Below are positions 55,501 through 64,000 of a stretch of DNA of 64,000 bases, one piece after another. Both the position numbers and the translations under genes were made by a program. Location of the stretch: assembly GCF_009914755.1 (NCBI RefSeq), contig NC_060933.1. One strand, 5' to 3'. The notes below the pieces were generated by a model that was not told where the DNA came from, ran no database searches, and saw only the letters and a list, made by a program, of their open reading frames with translations. Source of the DNA: the human T2T-CHM13v2.0 reference genome, Homo sapiens. Position 1 is the first letter of the stretch. Each line of letters begins with the position of its first letter.

Positions 55501-56906
55501 TCATTCCATTGCATTGCATTTCATTCCATTCCTCTGCACTCGGGTTGATTCCATTCCATTCCACTCCATTCAATTCCATTCCATTCCATTCCGTTGTATT
55601 CGGGTTAATTCCATTCCATTCCATTCCATTCCATTCCATTCCATTCCATTCGAATCCATTACAATCGTGTTGATTCCATTCCATTCCATTCCATTCCATT
55701 CCATTCCATTCCAGTCCTTTCCATTCCATTCCACTCGGGTTGATTCTATTCTATTAGTTTCCATTCCATTCCATTCCCCTCCATTCCACTCTGGTTGATT
55801 CCATTCCTTTCCATTCCACTCGAATACATTCCCTCCTATTCCACTCGGAACGATTCTATTCCATTCCATTCCATTCCATTCCATTCCATTCCATTTCGTT
55901 CCATTCCATTCTATTCCGTACCATTCCATTCCATTCCATTCCTTTCCATTCCATTCCATTCCACTCGTGTTGATTCCATTCCTTTCCATTCCATTCGGTT
56001 TGAAAGCATTCCATTCCATTCAATTCCACTCCATTCCATTCCTTTCCATTCCATTCCATTCCATTCCATTCCATTCCATTGAACTCGGGTTGATTCCATT
56101 CCATTGCATTCCATTCCATTCCATTCCATTCCATTCCATTCCATTCCATTATATTCCATTCCATTCCGTTGCATTCCATTCCATTACATTCGGATTGATT
56201 CTATTCAACTCCCTTACTCTCCATTACATTCCATTCCATTCGGGTTGTTCCATTCCATTCCATTCCATTCCACTCCATTCCATTGCACTCGGGTTGATTC
56301 CATTCCATTCCATTCCATTCCATTCCGGATGATTCCATTCCATTGCATTCCGTTCCATTACATTCCCTTGCACTCGCGTTGATTCCATTCCATTCCATTC
56401 CATTCCATTCAATTCCATTCCATTACAATTCGTTCCATTCCATTCTATTCCGTACCATTCCATTCCATTCCATACCATTCCATTCCATTCCATTCCATTC
56501 CATTCCGTTCCATTCCTTTCCATTCCATTCCATTCCATTCTATTCGGGTTAATTCCATTCCATTCCATTCCATTCCATTCCATTCTATTCCATTCCATTG
56601 CAATCGAGTTGAATCCATTGCATTTCATTCCATTCCATTCCATTCCATTCCGGAAGATTCCATTCCATTGCATTCCATTCCATTCCATTCCCCTGCACTC
56701 GCGTTGATTCCATTCCATTCCATTCCATTCCATTCCGTTCCGTTCCGTTCCGTTCCATTCCATTCCATTCCATTCCATTCCGTTCCGTTCCATTCCATTC
56801 CATTCCATTCTATTTGGGTTAATTCCATTCCATTCCATTCGATTGCAATCGAGTTGATTCCATTCCATTCCATTCCATTCCATTCCATTCCTTTCCATTC
56901 CATTAC
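46511..56906 (-). repeat. Inverted HSat3 block (~10.4 kb), CATTC on +
   Basis: Abrupt switch to (CATTC)n with reverse-complement motifs (ACTCGGGTTG, AATCGAGTTG, ATTCGGGTTA). The motif vocabulary is the same as in the flanks, read on the minus strand. Confidence 0.97.
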
Positions 56907-56956
56907 GGAATGGAATGGAATGGAATGGAATGGAATGGTATGGAATGGAATGGAAT
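56857..56956. other. Right inversion breakpoint: ~48-bp-arm quasi-palindrome with 4-nt loop ACGG
   Basis: 56857-56904 pairs with 56909-56956 with two T/T mismatches, and the inner 12 bp are perfect. ACGGA (56905-56909) is shared by the inverted motif ATTACGGA(TG) and the forward motif (GGA)ACGGAATGG. Confidence 0.92.
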
Positions 56957-59900
56957 GGTACTGAATAGAATGGAATGGAATGAATTGTAATGGAATGGAA
57001 TTGAATGGAATGGAATAGAATCAACGCGAGTGCAGGGGAATGTAATGGAACGGAATGCAATGGAATGGAATCATCCGGAATGGAATGGAATGGAATGGAA
57101 TGGAATGGAATGGAATGGAATGGAATCAACCCGAGTGCAATGGAATGGAGTGGAATTCAATGGAATGGAATGGAACAACCCGAATGGAGTGGAATGTAAT
57201 GGAGAGTAAGGGAGTTGAATAGAATCAATCCGAATGTAATGGAATGGAATGCAACGGAATGGAATGGAATGGAATGGAATGGAATGCAATGGAATGGAAT
57301 CAACCCGAGTACAATGGAATGGAATGGAATGGAATGGAATGGAATGGAATGGAATGATACGGAATAGAATGGAATGGAACGAAATGGAATGGAATGGAAT
57401 GGAATGGAATGGAATGGAATGAAATGGAATCGTTCCGAGTGGAATAGGAGGGAATGTGTTCGAGTGGAATGGAAAGGAATGGTATCAACCAGAGTGGAAT
57501 GGAAGGGAATGGAATGGAATGGAAACTAATAGAATGGAATCAACCCGATTGGAATGGAATGGAAAGGACTGGAATGGAATGGAATGGAATGGAATCAACT
57601 CGATTGTAATGGAATGGAATGGAATGGAATGGAATGGAATGGAATTAACCCGAATACAATGGAATGGAATGGAATGGAACGGAATGGAGTGGAATGGAAT
57701 GGAATCAACCCGAGTGCAGGGGAATGGAATGGAATGGAATGCAATGGAATGGAATCATCCGGAATGGAATGGAATGGAATTGAATGCAAAGCAATGGAAT
57801 CAACTCGATAGCAATGGAATGGAATGGAATGGAAAGGAATACATTGGAATCAACGCGAGTGGAATGGAATGGAAAGGACTGGAATGCAGTGGAATGGAAT
57901 GGAATGGAATGGAATGGAATCAACTCGATTGGAATGGAATGGAATGGAATGGAATTGAATTAACCCGAATAGAATGGAATGGAATGGAATGGAACGGAAC
58001 GGAATGGAATGGAATGGAATGGAATGGAATGGAATGGAACGAAAAGGAATGGAATCAACCCGAGTGGAAAGGACTGGAATGGAGTGGAATGGAATGGAAT
58101 GGAATGGAATGGAATGGAATCAACTCGATTGGAATGGAATGGAATGCAATGGAATGGAATTAACCCGAATAGAATGGAATGGAATGGAATGGAACGTAAT
58201 GGAATGGAATGGAATGGAATGGAATGGAATGCAATGGAATGGAATCAACCCGAGTACAATGAAATGGAATGGAATAGAATGGAATGGAATGGAATGGAAT
58301 GGAATGGAATGCCTTCAAACTGAATGGAATGGAAAGGAATGGAATCAACACGAGTGGAATGGAATGGAATGGTACGGAATGGAATGGAATGGAACGAAAT
58401 GGAATGGAATGGAATGGAATGGAATGGAATGGAATGGAATGGAAAGGAATGGAATCGTTCCGAGTGGAATAGGAGGGAATGTATTCGAGTGGAATGGAAA
58501 GGAATGGAATCAACCAGAGTGGAATGAAAGGGAATGGAATGGAATGGAAACTAATAGAATGGAATCAACCCGAGTGGAATGGAATGGAAAGGACTGGAAT
58601 GGAATGGAATGGAATGGAATGGAATCAACTCGATTTTAATGGAATGGAATGGAATGGAATGGAATGGAATGGAATGGAATGCAATGGAATGGAATGGAAT
58701 GGAATGCAATGGAATTAACCCGAATACAATGGAATGGAATGGAATGGAACGGAATGGAGTGGAATGGAATGGAATCAACCCGAGTGCAGGGTAATGGAAT
58801 GCAATGGAATGCAATGGAAAGGAATCATCCGGAATGGAATGGAATGGAATGGAATGCAAAGAAATGGAATCAACTCGATTGCAATGGAATCGAATGGAAT
58901 GGAAAGGAATAGAATGGAATCAACCCGAGTGGAATGGAATGGAAAGGACTGGAATTGAGTGGAATGGAATGGAATGGAATGGAATGCAATCAACTCGATT
59001 GGAATGGAATGGAATGGAATAGAATTAACCAGAATAGAATGGAATGGAATGGAATGGAACGGAACGGAACGGAATGGAATGGAATGGAATGGAATGGAAT
59101 GGAATGGAATGGAATCAACCCGACTGCAGGGGAATTGAATGGAATGGAATGCAATGGAATGGAATCATCCGGAACGGAATGGAATGGAATGGAATGGAAT
59201 CAACTCGACTGCAATGGAATGGAATGGAATGGAATGGAATGGAATGGAATGGAATGGAATGGAATTAATCCGAATAGAATGGAATCAACGCGAGTGGAAT
59301 GGAATGGAAAGGTCTGGAATTGAGGGGAATGGAATGGAATGGAATGGGATGGAATCAACTCGATTGGAATGGAATGGAATGGAATGGAATGGAATGGAAT
59401 GGAATTAACACGAATAGAATTGAATGGAATGGAATGGAACGGAACGGAACGGAATGGAATGGAATGGAATGGAATGGAATGGAATCAACCCGACGGCAGG
59501 GGAATGGAATGGAATGGAATGGAATGGAATGGAATCATCCGGAACGGAATGGAATGGAATGGAATGGAATAAACTCGATTGCAATGGAATGGAATGGAAT
59601 GGAATGGAATCGAATGGAATGGAATGGAATTAACCCGAATAGAATGGAATGGAATGGAATGGAAAGGAATGGAAGGGAATGGAATGGAATGTAATCAACC
59701 CGAGTGCAGGGGAATGGAATAGAATGGAATGCAATGGAATGGAATCATCCGGAATGGAATGGAATGGAATGGAATGCAATCAAACTGATGCAATGGAATG
59801 GAGTGGAATGGAATGGAATGGAATGGAAACATCCCGAATGGAATGGAATGTAATGGAGTGTAAGGGAATTGAATACATTCAATCCGAATGTAATGGAATG

Positions 59901-62900
59901 GAATGGGATGAAATGGAATTGAATGGAATGGAATGGAATCAACCCGAGTGCAATGGAATGGATTCGAATGGAATGGAATGGAATGGAATGGATTCAACAA
60001 GAATGGAATGGAAAGGAATGGAACCAACCCGAGTGTAATGGCATGGAATGGAACGGAATGGAATGGGAAGGAATGGAATGGTACGGATTAGAATGGAATG
60101 GAATGAAATGAAATGGAATGGAATGGAATGGAATGGAATGGAATGGAATGGAATGAACCCGTGTGCAATGGAATGGAATGGAGTGGAATGGAATGGATTC
60201 AACTCGAATGGAATCAACTCGATTGCAATGGAATGGAATGGAATGGAAAGGAATAGAATGCAATCAACCCGAGTGGAATGAAATGGAAAGGACTGAAATG
60301 GAGTGGAATGGAATGGAATGGAATTAACCCGAATAGAATGGAATGGAACGGAATGGAACGCAATGTAATGCAATGGAACGGAATGGAATCAATCCGAGTG
60401 CAGGGGAATGGAATGGAATGGAATGCAATGGAACGGAATGACCCGGAATGGAATGGAATGGAATGGAATGGAATAGAATGGAAAGGAATCAACTCGATTT
60501 CAATGGAATGGAATGGAATAGAATGGAATGGAATTAACACGAATGGAATGGAATGGAATGGAATGGAATGGAATGGAACAGAAAGGAATGGAATGGAATG
60601 GAATGGAATCAACCCAAGTGCAGGGGAATGGAATGGAATGGAATTCTATGGAATGGAATCATCAGAATGGAATGGAATGGAATGGAATGGAATGGAATGG
60701 AATGAACCCGAGTGCAATGGAATGGAGAGGAATGGAATGGAATGGAATGGAAACTACCCGATTGTATTGTAATGTAATGCAGTGTAAGGGAATTGAATAG
60801 AATGAATCCGAATGGAATGGAATGTAATGGAAAGGAATGGAATGGAATGGAATGGAATGGAATGGAATGGAATCAACTCGATTGCAATCGAATGGAATGG
60901 AATGGAATTAACCCGAATAGAATGGAATGGAATGGAATGGAATGGAATCGAAAGGAACGGAATGGAATGGTATGGAATGGAATGGAATGGAATGGAACGG
61001 AACGGAACGGAACGGAATGGAATGGAATCGAATGGAATGGAATCAACGCGAGTTCAGGGGAATGGAATGGAATGGAATGCAATGGAATGGAAACTTCCGG
61101 AATGGAATGGAATGGAATGGAATAGAATGGAATGGAATGGAATGGAATGGAATCAACCCGAGTACAGGGGAACGGAATGGAATGTAATGCAATGGAATGG
61201 AATCATTCGTAATGGAATGGAAAGGAATGGAATGGAATGGAATGGAATGGAATGGAATGGAATCAACTCGATTGCAATCGAATGGAATGGAATGGAATTA
61301 ACCCGAATACAATGGAATGGAATGGAACGGAACGGAACGGAACGGAATGGAATGGAATGCAATGGAACGGAACGGAACGGAACGGAATGGAATGGAATGG
61401 AATGGAATGGAATGGAATCAACGCGAGTGCAGGGGAATGGAATGGAATGGATTGCAATGGAATGGAATCTTCCGGAATGGAATGGAATGGAATGGAATGG
61501 AATGCAATGGATTCAACTCGATTGCAATGGAATGGAATAGAATGGAATGGAATGGAATGAATTGTAATTAACCCGCATAGAATGGAATGGAATGGAATGG
61601 AACGGAACGGAACGGAATGGAAAGGAAAAGAATGGAATGCAATGGAATGGAATGGAATTGTATGGAATGGAATGGAGTGGTACGGAATAGAATGGAATGG
61701 AAAGAATTGGAATGGAATGGAATCGAATGGAATGGAATGGAATGGAATGGAATCAACCGGAGTGCAGGGGAATGTAATGGAACGGAATGCAATGGAATGG
61801 AATCAACCGGAATGGAATGGAATGGAATGGAATGGAATGGAATCAACCCGAGTGCAATGGAATGGAGTGGAATGGAATGGAATGGAATGGAACAACCCGA
61901 ATGGAATGGAATGTAATGGAGAGTAAGGGAGTTGAATAGAATCAATCCGATTGTAATGGAATGGAACGGAATGGAATGGAATGGAATGGAATGGAATGGA
62001 ATGGAATGGAATGCAATGGAATGGAATCAACCCGAGTACAATGGAATGGAATGGAATGGAATGGAATGGAATGGAATGGAATGCAATGGAATGGAATCAT
62101 CCGGAGTGGAATGGAATGGAATGGAATGGAATGGAATGGAATCAACCCGAGTGAAAAGGAATGGAGTGAAATGGAATGGAATGGAAGGGAATGGAATTGA
62201 ATGGAATCAACCCGAGAGCAGGGGAATGGAATTGAATGGAATGCAATGGAATGGAATCATCCGGAATGGAATGGAATGCAATCAACCTGATGCAATGGAA
62301 TGGAGTGGAATGGAATGGAATGGAATGGAAACATCCCGAATGGAATGGAATGTAATGGAGTGTAAGGGAATTGAATAGAATCAATCCGAATGTAATGGAA
62401 GGGAATGGAATGAAATGAAATGGAATTGAATGGAATGGAATCAACCCGAGTACAATGGAATGGAGTCGAATGGAATGGAATGGAATGAAATGGATTCAAC
62501 AAGAATGGAATGGAAAGGAATGGAATCAACCCGTGTGTAATGGCATGGAATGGAACGGAATGGAATGGGATGGAATGGAATGGTACGGAATAGAATGGAA
62601 TGGAATGAAATGGAATGGAATGGAATGGAATGAAATGGAATGGAATGGAATGGAATGGAATGGAATGGAATGGAACGAAACCGTGTGCAATGGAATGGAA
62701 TGGATTGGAATGGAATGGATTCAACTCGAATGGAATCAACTCGACAGCATTGGAATGGAATGGAATGGAAAGGAATAGAATGGAATCAACCCGAGTGGAA
62801 AGGAATGGAAAGGACTGGAATGGAGTGGAATGGAATGGAATGGAATTAACCCGCATAGAATGGAATGGAACGGAATGCAACGGAATTGAATGGAATGGAA

Positions 62901-64000
62901 AGGAATGGAATCAACCCGAGTGCAGGCTAGTGGAATGGAATGGAATGCAATGGAATGGAATCATCCGGAATGGAACGGAATGGAATGGAATGGAATCAAC
63001 CAAAGTGCAATGGAATGGAGTGAAATGGAATGGAATAGAATGGAAACAACCAGAATGGATTGCAATATAATGGAGTGTAAGGGAATTGAATAGAATCAAT
63101 CTGAATGTAATGAAATGGAATGGAACGGAATGGAATGGAATGGAATGGAATGGAATCAACACGAGTGCAATGGAATAGATTCGAATGCAATGGAATGGAA
63201 TGGAAAGGATTCAACCCGAATGGAATGGAATCGAATGGAATCAACCAGAATGGAATGGCACGGAATGGAATGGAATGGAATGGAATGGAATGGAATGGAA
63301 TGGAATGGTTCGGAATAGAAAGGATTGGAACGAAATGAAATGGAACGGAATGGAAAGGAATGGAATGGAATGGAATGGAATGGAATCAACTCGATTGCAA
63401 TGGAATGGAATGGAATGGAATGGAATGGAATGGAATGGAACCGAATGGAATATAATGGAATGGAATGGAATCAACCCGAGTGCAGGGGAATGGAGTGGAA
63501 TGGAATGCAATGGAATGGAATCAACCCGAGTACAGGGGAATGCAATGGAATGGAATGCAATGGAATGGAATCATCCGTAATGGAATGGAAAGGAATGGAA
63601 TGGAATGGAATGGAAAGGAATGGAATGGAATCAACTCGAGTGGAATGGAATGGAATGGAATGGATTGGAATGGATTGCAATGGAATGAAATGGAATGGAA
63701 TGGAATGGAATCAATCATTCCGAGTGGAATGGAAGGGAAAGTAATGGAGTGGAAGAAAGGAATGGAATAACCCCGAGAGGAATGCAAGGGAATGGAATGG
63801 AATGGAATGGAAAGGAATGGCATGGAATCAACCCAAGTGGAATGGAATGCAAAGGAATGGAATGGAATGGAATCAATCAACCCGAGTGCAATGGAACCGA
63901 ATAGAATGCAATGGAATGCAATGGAAACTACCCGAATGGAATGGAATGTAATGGAGTGTAAAGGAATTGAAAAGAATCAATCAGAGTGTAATGGAATGGA
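56907..64000 (+). repeat. Satellite III (HSat3) array resumes, GGAAT on +
   Basis: Switches back to (GGAAT)n at ...CCATTA-CG-GAATGG... and continues to the window end. Confidence 0.97.

Noticed and set aside
46511-56906. Mobile element or invertase-controlled switch bounded by terminal inverted repeats
   Set aside because: The two junctions have different core sequences and are non-reciprocal. There is no target-site duplication, recombinase gene or non-satellite sequence.
56224-57129. Chimeric ORFs crossing the inversion junctions (also 46430-46738 and 45906-46523)
   Set aside because: These are simple read-through of two stop-poor repeat orientations, with no evidence of coding function.
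1-64000. Hundreds of ORFs up to 390 aa (MEWNG-repeat and FHSIP-repeat peptides, for example 6530-7702 and 50799-51959)
   Set aside because: (GGAAT)3 encodes MEWNG in all three frames and (CATTC)3 encodes HSIPF, with no stop codons, so long overlapping ORFs are expected by chance. There is no domain, no unique sequence and no preferred frame.
1-64000. CRISPR-like or spacer-encoding array (constant repeat with interspersed variable words)
   Set aside because: The interspersed words come from a small recurrent vocabulary, not unique spacers. There are no cas genes or leader, and the pattern is the known HSat3 structure.
1-64000. Telomeric repeat or G-quadruplex array
   Set aside because: The unit is GGAAT, not TTAGGG. 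Runs of three or more G are sparse and too far apart for canonical three-tier G4.
1-64000. HSat2, alpha satellite or CENP-B boxes
   Set aside because: There is no dominance of CATTCGATTC-type HSat2 units, no 171-bp monomer and no CENP-B box seen.
1-64000. Firm assignment to chr9q12 / HSat3B5
   Set aside because: The motifs (for example CAACCCGAGTGCAATCGAATGGAATCG) and the internal inversion are consistent with it, but subfamily k-mer classification or alignment to a T2T genome is needed. Other HSat3B arrays or a great-ape source cannot be excluded by eye.

Overview
The whole 64-kb window is classical human/hominid satellite III (HSat3): a (GGAAT)n/(CATTC)n pentamer array interrupted every few pentamers by the diagnostic CAACCCGA(G/A)T-type decamer and its variants. 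I see no genes, transposons, RNA genes or unique sequence. Every listed ORF is a repeat artefact (MEWNG / FHSIP reading frames). The main structural feature is a ~10.4-kb internal inversion (about 46,511-56,906). Both of its breakpoints are in-register hairpin-capable palindromes with a 4-nt loop centred on a CpG and 5-bp microhomology. The array has no single strict higher-order repeat. It is a mosaic built from a ~1.75-kb motif cycle, reshuffled by tandem duplications (85 bp to ~2.4 kb) and dispersed multi-kb block copies (offsets of about 4, 15, 22.6, 27.6 and 41.5 kb). About 35 perfect three-unit heat-shock elements (nGAAnnTTCnnGAAn) are embedded in one recurrent variant. The motif content and the inversion fit the large 9q12-type HSat3B array, but chromosome, subfamily and species cannot be proven from this window alone. 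I did not find a convincing new gene-based system. The best leads are the inversion-junction architecture and the arrayed transcription-factor motifs. Block boundaries and counts were read by eye and are approximate.
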